DNA of 64,000 nt from Barthelona sp. PAP020. Its lineage: Eukaryota. Position 1 is the first letter of the stretch. Each line of letters begins with the position of its first letter. The stretch lies in the NCBI GenBank assembly GCA_040182905.1, contig JARQWU010000008.1, forward strand, positions 1-64,000, read 5' to 3'. This document shows, piece by piece, positions 35,101 through 37,068 of the stretch. The position numbers and the translations under genes were made by a program. The notes under the pieces are model-generated. The model was not told where the DNA came from. It did no database searches and saw nothing but the letters and a program-made list of their open reading frames with translations.

Positions 35101-35686
35101 GATTAACAGACTCTATCATAAATCAAAAATTTTAGATGATGATAATGTCAAGAATAATGAAAATATTGGCATTGTAAGACAATTTTCCAATAAAAAAATT
35201 AAAAAAGACCTTCCGTATGTATATCATTCAATAACCTTTGTTATTGGCGGCTTTTGTATCAGCAACAAGTTACTGCAACAATTATTCTTGTTGATATCAA
35301 CGATTGCTGTTCTTCTTGTCCATTTAAGGACTAACCCTTACGTTCAAGAGGTAGCAAATCAACTTCAAAGTTCTTATTTGACAATGTTAACAGCTATTTT
35401 AGCAATATGGTTTTCTTTGAGCCTAGATTCAACGATGAAAAATACTGATTCATTCAATCAAATTGCCTATCTTCTTTTTGTTTTGATTTGTTGTTTGGTT
35501 GTTGTTTCTGTTCTCAGGATCATTTATTTATGGTTCTATGGAAAATTTGAAAGTAAATCATCCGATATATTCAGCAAAGAAAGAACGCGAGGATTTAGTC
35601 GATCACATAATCCTTCTAGAAACCCGATTTTGCGTGCAGATGTTGGAAATCAATCGATGGGAAGGATTTCTGAAATCTTCTCATGA
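2144..35686 (+). CDS. Giant (~11,180 aa) cell-surface protein: signal peptide, beta-solenoid-like ectodomain, Pmp-type repeats, Cys-rich repeats and ~9-TM C-terminal domain
   Basis: Uninterrupted 33.5-kb ORF. The first ATG (2144) gives a signal-peptide-like MNVKILIILTLLLLQNVYNQ; the track start at 2090 is a TTG. The body is rich in I/V/N/G/S/F with many NxS/T sequons. The C-terminus has FxxN/GG motifs, CxxCPAGTY repeats and many hydrophobic helices. Stop TGA. Confidence 0.9.
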   Translation: MNVKILIILTLLLLQNVYNQEYEWICDDTNDITNINCWNPSELPDKSSTVLINRPVNITVESTIYVNKLILGINFDTGQLMFDYGALFRANFLEWNAGNVIGFGSLMIAYQADISPLNATRYLGINSKLHVSAGLVNITDSTIITASGSVLDFGADTYVTINGDVFILYEGNVDEELSSLNNFGYFVVTSNSSLYIEAKIVHLGSVPMMLLGNTTIVNGADVYMDLIVLNFIQLKFNGSINLSSMSRIYGYGDIINYGTLVIESLVYKMVGKLINNGSLLFTTDATIESLDLVNYNTLNVASGCNVVDFILNITVFGGVVKFEDGTMFRYDELPMFPVNIYQYAGDLYIGSTTQPLSVKNLTLVQGALQLATGRVLTVDHLLLAPKCKLTEDILLGSLNDQELMWIFPVLNVEDDIQLQSSLVWKGGLISSKLTFVTTTQISLYGSGQDNYHIIANSGTFDISNGVIHGTIIFIVGEQVELSLGDCDNAETVFLLAYPTSKTILTKDMLKTTNLITSNAFFEGNCYLPYKKEGLFDKIDVYAFKNKQFICGSNVIEITDETPLLPQSISQFYNPFYGLTYSFTGIYNFTLIHKPTPYLPTFVDNFVNKTVNTVILETYNITIPSFETFDLFNPNFQYFIELPSRISSNIYANSHSVFLAYDETCYIEGESDLMLFGSSIQFLSGHFTIMKDLTVFGSLYVVEDVKFTSDYQIVHRFADTITLFDGVYQMNAKFVKSTGNFYFYENSEIIIDEIVISNTYLFMNLTSTNQLLVKRFTSTSSKVDIYSAEIFSANIEQMFVDTYLNLRESSNIYIYGIDEFADNTVCIENVLNAVFDRFANMQQINFNVRNSRLIKINANLNLVNNSYFSFNNVDELMINDVQQFNKSILELISINIDTSINIGLFKNSSLLIKETVDYIHLYIDDVIFGDIFVTTNKDVCFYLWYIYQSTISFYDNDFVEMVDPLYPSKQVLIVESNIFFNIEGVDKTGDYHNLLCFNQGARFISSSFQISSQESSWKAISSKNLIFNVSGLAEFEFCAVTLITPNLHVDTYKFHNCSVQAKYQMNFGDLHSGYTEFTKEKLLLWDVCPDSYYCPLFIAQNFYFSNDSYLGNYTEFHVLSKLIVVGDDLTVYFNEGVLKLLNAELIVDGSMLLSSPCTFYVDGKVIVNKGGRLHLQCISSLSGDLYLNGETILETDTSLSGYVYLNDTIHLLGNKHSFDGYVYGDEFCNITSKPFHTHVYFSGILDILYEINLIQGNYHFDNANFKFDSIALKGSFLSIENSVHNVTGDELYLTQFLIDSSTFYLDDVALVVADELLIMGESTVIELKSLKNIKIIDFYMYDGLLRGDNTYLLITGNFLFKQGTLINGMWLDIEDEFVPLDTDLGRQKVLADNVFLNISNYDFNVTNRNEISIGYNVSLWFRNIFVYGSLKLLRSQENSNFLNDYFDPDCFIFDLNCSVITPSLNHLYILQDLVLTNNTDLCVSLHVYGQFILEPNSQLSISNSYTALEMFTIPLNGTVNFNGPTVLLGGLDFEPNSTVHINDVVKVKGMYNKTDLILSNSTGCLVLTKFASFDFSKIIIDDVSVYIQGCSNMSVWNIEQINITNTGKLVITECPTTKIVIGSIFSVNGDVVLGDIENVTAQNVNFDGGMFKINDSTTEGNYQFQSINVDSGTIELLNIVKPFIALNLTVINGVSIIKNLTSSPIINFLMISGGELNFANSPQPLHFYVIDLRSTAKVYFDTKYNVTLDSLYIADTASVETYDDLYIGLLSMIGGTLSGGRWVYANESVFDNTVHVFVHLDLKHTILLKYSYLRGCYSGDVPYSGSIPGYTYKLHNVSSYQMKIDGCYNGKLYFQDILGHSVDIASELVLLHEIESRYSDDEYMLKNVSDINKHFLGIYGNSVTFDGDYNTLENLTTSYTVKFTNSFMVTNNSILNWENVIVDECRFGRYDTTRHYIYIYVEGTFYFNFHFASSTVAYMKYNVKNNGLLQLFQDCINSMYFEINVDRGFLYFTQLVFSGTSQKLSFSNSVVFGDYVFVNAFSLSFSNSFLNITFFSFSDAVYLSHWREYLIDFNNITMISDYFFASYADISVRNSNLLIKSFEIVDRSGRIITFINSIIESEWMFSITSAVAGHKIKSFTNSVLRANGVLFESYEVESDFYVQFINSSLEYGGNNFNNVSFELKKIKVVFLNNSTLDFESNLFNFTKSLLYLEHSHSRIFDFPGDANTYHLLNTTHCIMEFNITNNNVVILEDFNVLKPSIVLLNRGTLKLYNGMFHIDGIEMDKGIIYGVNVEFYMVKIIDTVSGSVTFEHTVFDTVLDSVELSASSFVLKNVSTMNEQSKVSCGDFNLFLIQRVEGNNSQITFYEGDYKVSSVDLYNSNFLVSNNDDEMQLCMDIDRINMKLYSFDFQITRLFVNHFNLMTMASIRELNDPNTAYSGVLGGHSVNITSLNVIEGDLKLDYFSEANYTIDTLYFNSSNFYTFKGSSLKSDVVNLTNGSEFFKSRDFLERNISFIYQTNDSKAYNLDELDTFPHYEYFASLIDGNVYSEGFNLDVVETKEFIDKFFSGKLCCQNECVFDEGNFEFLNGEVIIYGNMTINAKNKLVSRATIIVQPEANLIIYGDSTDGSVSVVDVVLDNYGHIEFVNDIVLKGNVVNRGNIVFQNNVVFNNSIVDLKKDSNMTFLVSVDYPLFMNDTTIYCSGNLENNHLLGNKGTFYQYDTCSIDILIVDFEHEFNYFNEMLASKRLNATSMQAETLNLHCTYLCKIETIKCADLLLQGFFEIVNVTSSGESILKYVIDENDLVKGELLVDIFFTKNLKIYQEVYLNVTNSWTFKDGYLKNYGFFNFNVNNAYWENVEYVLTTSVASNAEIIVHNYFYARNIFGSDTSINLMRLTIINNGIHDVFDEFAIQDHYINNGILNIKENSFLNFNHFFPSTLNVYRCKSELYSYGTVNLFANSYFNVPTHLASNRVFVEIYGNITLYNNEWLDCTSTSANIDIYGNFNATILDIDTKCNLRFIGATFELPIIRSVSGSLYFYNVCNKINVMEYIEVNRAFFYQSNCSFEIKKIVGNSVARKDLLSAEDHEDIDVTLWEVIDEGYYVIKNVENLNITNFVTLKSYPTNTYAFGVQILDVRNIILRNGITKKLSVERFYQIQNQNVSAFRGEFTEGNIFIGDSIFNMTYFREITQTFDLPDTLILENMFLSFVKTITPDTKLFWCKRNGIVYIDIDYEFVIDQIIIDGGKVYGQGAISMNVFDYYSGDLIQVEFHTNNMTVFDNGDKNLTLSTVIVNDYLMMDNVALVGGYSVTIVNYGKLIGNNPSFTSVSECSFINNGTFNYNKLVIEWNFENNGILNGSSLIIHRGSFVSSILGIVYGDVFSMTGGTFKNYGLIQFNQSLLANCAFYDYFNFNSSLVSLNYASLRIYEEFFIESIDIISSHFTCEDCYWQDQNPIKTRYFCQSRTNDHFYASLTINTEKSSVLIQNKDDLIIQQSCSINFLNIDLEFPDYVFQQGFFYFVGSYDFPHLTFDIPDYSNIGSLKFFDGNITIEMFDFNAGYIYGDAFLFVQHATVINRGIWKIDVSINYLWFKAIPSYSLSMRQTVFNVNETFIISSGVESNLFYNYVITMYSENVQLSFFKNVYSETGLSISRELINSATYGNPGLVSLLSDAQWIQDFPVDICVFFNIEDNAYFHNNAALKTCQLDCYGDIYINNIITLRHTSVFYPQSLLFGSGNHPAFATYPYGKVVPSVEYLGVYNITNDVYEQHYNGNVLFSGYIIFHNVDCSKGTLKFFNIHHIYEPKWEIGNIYVSDTCQFFLDKSSNDIRMEELVVDGGITAFKEIGTLAQYNAVVISSGYCAFQTGMSVQLNKMTIEEGFRVGSDYLYVDELVWSGNGFLGSGHTIVNGITYINGTGTHFVGLNHVLEFKGDVIVTQKPEIYSCSGLYNKLMFYANLNVTANSVLKFQSAIAGPLNSNGNMTTADYFTGNQLGDCPVPLADNPSQRCSFSSDDPRSLIPHAICSIPGGRFQGTYMDSKYLKNIYYESVPGRPHDNNRLYPIFLSTAHVYVMNNAIFNLTNLEAVFNCNVSIIGSMYGLRPIIFNSNVFGYKGGKFSFNDVYFYGNLGSPDSNLDTFAEKHFQIANHNETIITEWKYTLQKLPVYCGSSCTYYYYINENVYVSDYVVLPIISMEADSVLSFDVADLASGRLIFQENSIASFNQLIQQDGLVVFMPGSKVSDLERIKIVNGNLKLGIHLFVNKLEFIGGNILSYSNNEGTLTIYEEFLWYGGEICDRLTVEVKKNLTSSSPVRKIVRDNSNLVLSGGSSFEESGPLVLINSAKLTNNGTMIINGDTTFKSEGKYISFFENNGTIVVNEPTGSVSLYMQFLATKYSSMIFNSGDFFTYEGVNVEGGYFFFNRTKWYVGSVLYKSPFADSNSTVVLNADKLEMFEGKVYVYVGNVVTLKGQLLFDNATKIFTYGGTINIEDANITLYSLDVNRGWLYFNDVQFINPFMDYVSLFMGQILFNCNEEVVIDKFIFNEGMRGGNDVVTIVGSLEWYGGTLGKNSRTQLNCTTNLIVDPDNPFYLEENARLINQNNFTVMYTKFKSDLAELVLFDLICDENAGFENYGVLNLFTNSRFPLLQNYGEVSVYANLIVTLFYNYNYTIFTSVIQHNDQFRVLQAEEIVSKTIIEVEANTHFVCDDFENQNIVNVNDTHLIIESDHYFANNMYTMNSTIEISGRGRHYGNWTIDADSKVLFGTPSIILKNGFIDEEQMFGGTMSSEEDDSLWLIFDVETFIIVEGLMFFNEGSKIIILGELSLSQTLYVIKGELVIKQQATIYNFTNLHSIEGIIHIYTSDIMNFNSIYMNEGLIYFSTDQNITCSNFSLINGDFKTIKPMNILDIFSWIGGGLLNHTTLVSHSQTFWYRSKNSYLDVFCELYLHNYTLLTALEDDLQSYQGVLWGNEGVLIVNYGIMDLRFDVSLKVNVSENMPVFSNYGEFAIKHDIVIEFILKNFNLMTFESTETSIFGGGFTVGNFTFVTSVVFYVKHDFHFNSTSIWNAKEGTIHFYNSSRLHVKGYLEFEKLGLYVALSVTDDDKGHFIVYNGANITAGSSIYLMGPNITFLEQSSSLNFNFFKLQKGYAHFNSKIPVVIEKMMITGGFRAGSDDMIAHNITWERGGLAGNGTTICDVRVDFVNTVEIALPPGVPDVRPALNIWIIEEAKFENAGYAETVFKTKFIGSSNASIVNSGMFVFNYPSIWTTEIWIQDPQTDEFEYLGHNITQHNYLPMFTNIGKGVVTGIPLSGSLETEWRFFQKSNGNPDDVPKILANMEQFSVYMGGVFYCGIVNVSKELLFDEDLIFMEGSQLLGHNVDVTFKEGSTVVFGGNYCITGDESIVTGFGALIFTSTATFCESAQINSCGLNISIDSDTEMGYMRLDCGAHRLGNGKLLVDIVDLIDGYIDSGTTIIQTLRVNSTSLNHIIQGVDTIVEIENGIVFDDGASLVLEDNTQLILQNMSETVLVDYTGIMGNGTLFVYGKVYTYNYDNSQVPFILSQVILSGLVEIKEGSIDFGMKIDVDSTGELIIGNKGSWTVQNQTIVEGKDIVGNFKIKENGTLIVEQALYFNYMNFTTEYVASVSQGHIFFSSVNFDAELQLTGTVEVSVDSDGSVLKYLEMKESSVFAVKKFKEIRLLNTSGGNIYLNDSIIITEGYLMNSGFYGFENVLHIDFTLKMSHNMYIKQITIIGSSSTVLNIVESTVECEKVYFELNQIIAINSTVYDSTNTSLINVNNGMEVIVPDYSWFFWNIKGQVVNNIIVHTTSSLHVGNVINGELSSYMIAGMIFLEEYGSLQTVGELIAEEGVLIKAKGSLILNEGANISLNCSVALSGGYLRINSTNPVVLLNIADNSFGEISISNIEIKDFIGMKIGINNVLTLMNIFNSTVTNTIFDLNHVKLYFNESLLTSIDLNSYRSNVSFSNVNNDKLVNFVFNSSNVLIDCYFDSVFKILDPITISLYNESRMVLSHAIDMAHAKFLIVDSTVDITEFMNQNQSKFWEIDFASMKGQTAMFVCEYLNIFNFDFFGGTIIGDFNVTNVVFDTLVDKIFEDETKMTVWNLTKWYEGNILGKLNASLVIEQNSSFVLDFIEHNEMLVFGTPSIIPLLHLKGNFTLFGQVTIWWRMNLDFGACVTILNKTRSNDGTDGVLTSMGNVTDIASDSRRYNNPTSDEDHGTFVTINLPYPNSHWRIGGGVYTGNGTNIHGSGHITLNNPKTYVKIDGIYNVSGILRVEDGYLNFTDAKIIYVNIEWIGGKIDMGESYGDTVYINEVKDGDIYEWNDDNQMKLIEILNQYDELVRYGPCTIDVVKHHHVLNDSLTIFDPFTEIGELYLPDIQNGTIIFQNDVNIHVEEINVYGGNVTFKDGAKVVFDSCIVVDGGYVFLGSHAVDGTPEVYHCIVINKGVLILDPTVPTDPITSIQELTFKDGNLGTNAVVELSKIVYYHGGFFIANTSFFANNCVFHMFEGETRALRKNSSLLLKNSMLFAHPLNSSSSIYEKLSIEDFAYIDVSSNSNFTVLEGIYTTIFGQNECVTCDVYDSFDFGRIIVSDGKMNVENDLGLKLPLDVRENGSFVVNKTTTMYMPSIINGTMYLHNDTSLMIKSHVIVSGHVFCNEGSKIEIIAGGRLDLINVDLQCNVEIILWQGTLNISGTDEVIQGLTLTTYIGEAYIGGRIEKFIMGTVLGSSYVEFCGIIYAFNELLLDAGEGIVLFNNATEIQFVDYALIKVNDGELYFEALMKDHGSMIFVEIHGGRVMNRHNFESEIHELSIDSGDFISQPLNTLLIKTIKQNGGEIFFYTSIAISCDYYFYDGRLTGFNSSILHIIDTAKLHFESGRGIIGMTPQVDALIVVQGIVQFYCNSVFFSKNSKLTTDVNSNFIIDNSRYPSKDIGIYQSVAADPSHALIELNGQSVVSMNGRTLGLNIDVHIYNGSIISNSTVIFFFDYSSQRYLPVLRFVGGIVDIQQSHIDIYDKISFVDNSVVTSDPSSRITIEKNGYGEIDRVWNVFNLYVKGNVTILSEIYSSNLLMHIYKDGFVVFNNSASNSRIFNISILNEGNLIFEEGSQIQECTSLRTVGGNTYLKNNSHIWLNSTIIESINSGFMEMERETSIYETDNQSIYSIWVDGGSKIINKHYSFVRVTKILISNQGCYIPFYLHFVTHLIIEHDGILGSNDYDIYDKASYIDGFMVLEIENLTLANSHIYGPRNLIVSQRTDFPIYSDDFLFENVTINSSEWLIRNRKLTVHPTVFVHITSLFYSGSNISCSYVMMEDTGKWARILINNEINMQIDTDNIFLGHIQFEFNGTFGKFGNVEFNKVTFNSTSIEIISESVVSINTGTCQFINNNSIVGSGWMDFVSSQATINSSINLPSSGFKFSKSTVDFDKAIIFEMILKIYDVDTTVVIGGSTLVNKIEIYVDGFNSYFVYSASLTASEEVSMPTVKSIYLAQGQIDFIDGVTNFEMTNITVANPIDSNKPIINFYNGSYSGKAHKVDLYSGIFHIWEDILFFFDMDMLLLNEISLLNHSGSVILNVQLFVLNHGFRTGSSNIYAHNITLLAGSMYGAAETRSLDHLNIDGCNPACLLDDRHVLSTDGITNFVSGQLNMGKSTIIHNLDNGSFTLAGGAINPLSEAVGEYLPVVLNDGYFRKSGAADFVLLTSLFNEFDATFGIDDGSLTIGTDSYNSGNFTLKNGTELRLVGEFAFKSTSNFTGDVLSTVRLPVAASNVTLGGDFNHLGTVVVENGLLTVPDSAKIIEMHLVAKGGVMKFLSGSKIPYIELIVEGGHVLFLERCEIDAISAVTQSGGLVEIFKGANVAITGMTLVSTGGEFRLNDGVGADLKDSKLSLFGGVFNVGEESAVSFSTDLLEIKNNGAFYFNSSIPVYIDTLLIHSGFVSHNTTMYVNNATLGNGEIKHDGFTEANITIFIGHFHIRNPHRYEVNDEIIFAGGALTLGCGSSLVIDDTCTMFIIDAGYIDSESSCFANLTNLGVINKQSDGDFTLSLSLYNRPSGIVNVSNGVFIISDDVGNVTHDGEWYSSGLTRSKGDVIFNVGSVFNGNVEITNNSSLITYGTINGTITVLNGLFVLNNASANMIDVNLFDKADFLNSTINTLWIHVNSSNVNTNVFFNETFVDSISIDTVDSNNKFNLESINSIYRSVDSMDAHKAFMSFSKGQVIFNSLLNIVDVTMNFTRLQLHFNQTTLVSNTSHISIKECWSLIEIEDGLLRNSVMALENDSSNSFISKKISFIDSSFISNDETVLNIDLLNVVGSNFVFSGKLDVINVNVSNWKVSCSKNNKCMMTIEKEGHFTEKGNFDSVDFRLNNGTFEFLQSVYTFNSSNITLSEGNMIISQPTIFNGLGNATLFNWGNLTINEEFIQNLTANSHAALNINGRWLNRAPLNVYGFINSFRSVVIDNFVYLNDTVESNMIILETVSEDCEVFVDGTLEIVHMIHHAGTVRFASGEIDTFICEIYDDFEISNFNISKFNLTVEKAVTSIINSSIYNWFSSNITFAELLIRRSDVMIYESDHKMISSNVTVLDSQNVVVQGNMPFYDCNLVVNTSNVTSDGLNTLTLEKSIGSIQAENLFGHFSMNLINSTLIMGTQPFMHFEKLSASDDCVITMTGQAIINNFNFSERVLMNGTPHLTMINGSVIGVLELVDAMLILSNDVSFSYVHLDMVNSSIINGGKDSEYANSLFSLIEVIVVGDENSTLSNRACINTFKNVSLKLDVLNERLWTITHICIINGLFNNTNELNVAGHLDINGYFESNGMIITGNDSVFNVNSVGQMYISGGVNISGSCYCYGICELSNLIGDFNSVYVNASFITHNASVSINLLEVEKGFVRINKTMLSIDSLLIREGNMESNNSMLAVVKSVGQSSVVTHEGEMIFGNGSHVWIESSLDIIGQISIISKSLRFDSTNVTIRWLKTCDCDVVEILQSNLTFTIASECLFGQLSMNNSIMAHNGSLQVENGTLKNSEIFSVENIMLGHTFFNSLQLVTYFKLNQGHTLTVGNDLTLDHISIVLGCDATLVFDTVSYVILIEGIIKNDGICGGYFNNTGHVEKVGENGIFEIEVDYFNFGNTLMKEGVLKLNKFINYGLIDGNGGSMYLVHELFTANTSVLKGEFEIILNGSIFAEFNGKILDHSTLSTSLNAFNSNILLNAVEIDNVRFNTAQSNISTGNTTGNLVLIDYKSQIMLDGLKFIIDHSFFNQSNITIKNNVDLALKQVFFFDSTISIEGGSNMNGSYIDLNNTVISIVSSKKIIFRSINSAYSVFNISGFADIQDSSIVKSNILLRNDTSQMYSTDINITDSAFYGNGTWYANGDTSISDAKVSDVIIDANDNFTFKDIVSFLGKTVFNVINNTRLSNNASLKLKEHAELNISKGSLILNTSAVIVGFDSCFFSNNHMVVLFDDTMIHNVNLSNDAAIRISGNNVTISGKTNLLTNSLMEIEANSDVKFIGNTNLDGSFTVLGTVNVFGDSFTNGTIMGNKDTGKFEFMEGSHIFVGQSSIPLINYAKTSFSPLYVVDGSFILTNMNGTLFIEPSEVDFIELYVENGIVSVNSSIKQLKSMLVKNGSVVFENSSQSLINEIMIFGGNFLSNKAHLNLSNCHINIHDGFVILEENVFLNDSSICVHGGKLYDLSNVQTKIKKLNITDGVVQLDIPLEIDSFVVEGGNVKTNLTYISNAILTGGTIAFTNATIFDLFGGDATVSDSFIQVINPLLPSEKQLKLNDVSMYIADDWISSVSLMGINSTVFVNELRIMNAIGNSSLNVNLVVNDIIAINGSLSASNISLGGNIHLKGGSFGTLGNYTLENGHTLSGKGRFNGNLTSNSTIVSEGCIIFDNLILSNGSTMKSFFVNTTSYSYFVVKGHASLDGVYEVDFEIPDIMEENQYWTLIDYDTFSGKFKDTEMSCEAMFNLVYSIDQFYAMLQHTIDTNVGPNVYVGPNGNDNPCCGGAKSPCHTFLYAINYRADEECNVYFNPGNYNYQVLPIYISNRDISVFGIGNVTIDGSEYQGVSLTIKSSKSATISNLILSKCTKSISIRESNVTLNNISIISIQKSALSYGIQSRSSSLILNNVSFVDSNLHHLLHCSDSKIIANNLHLNHSYSHGYGQLMFDDCFMEINGIILNSDSVFDENAVIISADHTELMLNDVVTNATKEVWKVGSLIETRSSSIDLDLKGAKLNVFKNLVFSDDSVVILKNISFNDEQTDCRIIDSLNSVVEISNLSIQSVEFTRSLISLQKTDFMMYSFSANGIATINDSLIEASSSDISVYNSLIVNYEGYHYLSLDNGGTVLIKSSEIDNCDVESLIQIKGLSNITFVESNISSVTGSAAGAVVRTEGTLNILGCEFGNNKATVGGVCVIINGNLFVENSLFERNSAVIGGVFLQTEAESFKLYETTKELRHFNRFYKSDFIQLNSTSKIYNNKFFDNVVSQKYGGAVLFTNVDRVPQVTNNICENNLASNSNSPVATTDPRQLAAKVTVDTTNSLVDPRYLISLSILDAYRNILEGENVVDRPASILPQSTLSVKGITQADITGGVGSFDIALSGEPTVHTVTIGAVGLIDTSVDIEIQLCEAGEGLYEQKCQPCPAGTYSDSPSAHACVSCEAGMWTPTEGSLTCVACDAGTYREEDMNGCQRCSYSKFSVVPGSIQCEDCGQNMISSEDRTYCQCKGDLFEFQENVCSPCPTGMTCFGGNVTCIQEGYYATDSGTVEACLSNGCLGSCSSVNNTNLEGNFECTQGFTGTSCLECSPGFIQSSPYCLKCLPSSVTVVLCALMTLLLITLFIFIWKDEKKQFPYACIYVPVIRFIQLLGLIQRICPIAVPYILHNLFFAFDLTFVDISHSQILQCLFMTNGIITRVSSIYFIYFVLFISSLISSKMNRYFAVMKQMLLVPLLAGTSEVIQLRYINDNLVVKSDLSIVFGSMKFLILALMFMITLVLIAVWINRLYHKSKILDDDNVKNNENIGIVRQFSNKKIKKDLPYVYHSITFVIGGFCISNKLLQQLFLLISTIAVLLVHLRTNPYVQEVANQLQSSYLTMLTAILAIWFSLSLDSTMKNTDSFNQIAYLLFVLICCLVVVSVLRIIYLWFYGKFESKSSDIFSKERTRGFSRSHNPSRNPILRADVGNQSMGRISEIFS
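32084..33660 (+). other. Right-handed beta-helix / polymorphic-membrane-protein-like region of the giant protein
   Basis: Starts with a cap-like motif NVYVGPNGNDNPCCGGAKSPCHTFLYAI. Later contains FGNNKATVGGV, FERNSAVIGGVF and FFDNVVSQKYGGAVLF, matching the FxxN and GGA(I/V) Pmp signatures. Confidence 0.75.
33992..34562 (+). other. Cys-rich (GCC2/GCC3, ephrin-receptor-like / TNFR-like) repeats of the giant protein
   Basis: CQPCPAGTYSDSPSAHACVSCEAGMWTPTEGSLTCVACDAGTY ... CSPCPTG ... CTQGFTGTSCLECSPGF. Confidence 0.8.
34571..35540 (+). other. Multi-pass membrane domain (~9 helices) of the giant protein
   Basis: Successive hydrophobic segments from VTVVLCALMTLLLITLFIFIW to IAYLLFVLICCLVVVSVLRIIYLWFY, including LVVKSDLSI and NPYVQEVANQLQ, followed by a short Arg/Ser-rich tail. 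Helix count is by eye. Confidence 0.7.
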
Positions 35687-36108
35687 TATTGGAAGATTTT
35701 TTCTTTGCAGCATGTTTGTTTCTTTTTTGCTGAATTTATAAATAGTATTTCTTTTTTATTGTTCTTCATTTTTATGTATCAACTCAAATCTTTCCAATGT
35801 TTTGAAAATAATTTTGACATTACTGATTCATCAAACCATTCTGCTTGAATAACCAAGAGATGATAAAAGTTGTTTGTGCCAAAAAGGCAATACTTAAATT
35901 GACGCTGTGGGTTTCGAAGACAAACAGGACAAATCGTCAGCGCTTTTGTTCTTCATTATTTGAAAACATTATTTATTCTTTTACTTTTTCATTCAAACTT
36001 ATAAATATTGTTTCTCTTTTCATTTTTCCATTCTTCTGGAGTTTCAAGTTATCCTAATATAAGTATAAAGACATTTAGAGTGGCCAAAGGAAGTATTTCA
36101 CTGATTTA

Positions 36109-36245
36109 AATTCCCGACTAATCTAAACCGAAAGCTATTCCTGTTTTTTTAGAGCGTTTTGAACTATGAATTCAAAAAAACGAGAACAAAAAAGAAAAAT
36201 CTTTATGAGAATTTATTGTTGTATAGTGAATCAGTTGTGAGCAAC
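36109..36245 (+). repeat. More degenerate, internally deleted direct copy of part of the repeat at ~36521-36684
   Basis: atctaaaccgaaagctattcctgtttttttagagcgttttgaactat resembles atctaaacctaaagtatttcttcttttttttaaagattgttctgaaccat. ctttatgagaatttattgttgtatagtgaa resembles ctttataagcatttattattattgtcgtgtgaa. Offset is about 410 bp. Confidence 0.55.
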
Positions 36246-36269
36246 TTCATTCTGCAACCAAGTGTTCAA

Positions 36270-36662
36270 CAAAGCGGACGGATTTCACGTAAAAAACAAT
36301 ATAAATGTGTTTAAGGTTTCTTCTTGCAATTTCTGATATTAATGGATGTCAAAATTGAAAGTGAAATGACAGCAAAAAATTAAATGATTTATGATAATAA
36401 GGATACAAGGGTACATAGTAACCTAGCAAGGAATTACAAGGTTTCATCAAGGAAACCCACAGAAGAACAAAAAAAAATTCTTTGGTAAGAAGGGAAATGA
36501 TTATTAAACATTAATTTAGAAATTCGCCCCATCTAAACCTAAAGTATTTCTTCTTTTTTTTAAAGATTGTTCTGAACCATCCACGCAAAACGACTCAGTT
36601 GCAAGTACGTGCAAACTCTAACAAGAACAATGAAGGTCTTTATAAGCATTTATTATTATTGT
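36270..36662 (+). repeat. Left arm of a diverged ~393-bp inverted repeat
   Basis: Colinear exact blocks shared with the reverse complement of 37069-37461: caaagcggacggatttcac, tttcttcttgcaatttctgatattaat, aaaattgaaagtgaaatgacagcaaa, tgttctgaaccatccacgcaaaa, gactcagttgcaagtac, catttattattattgt. Confidence 0.9.
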
Positions 36663-36821
36663 CGTGTGAAATTAATTTGGCAACAACAAAAATTTCACCG
36701 GAAGAAGACGTAAAGGAAGAAATAACCAAAATACTCCTGCATATAAAGCTAATAATCCCATAAGAAAGAAAATTTTAAATCTGGAAAAGAGGAGATCAAA
36801 ACAATAAGAATTTTATTTTCT

Positions 36822-36921
36822 NNNNNNNNNNNNNNNNNNNNNNNNNNNNNNNNNNNNNNNNNNNNNNNNNNNNNNNNNNNNNNNNNNNNNNNNNNNNNNN
36901 NNNNNNNNNNNNNNNNNNNNN
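36822..36921. other. Assembly gap (100 N, probably a placeholder of unknown size)
   Basis: Run of exactly 100 n. Confidence 0.99.
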
Positions 36922-37068
36922 AATTAGATTCTTCTTTGTCTTAAGCTCAACTAGTTGTTTTATTATTTGATAAATTCTGAAATACGAGAAATTTTGCTTG
37001 ATTCAAATTCTGGTGCATTTCTTCACCCTTTTCTTTTTTCCCTCCTTGTGAAATGTCCGTTGCGCTTC

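Noticed and set aside
2506..35741. Many 60-150-aa ORFs antisense or out of frame within the giant gene
   Set aside because: Shadow ORFs of a long coding frame with no recognisable motifs.
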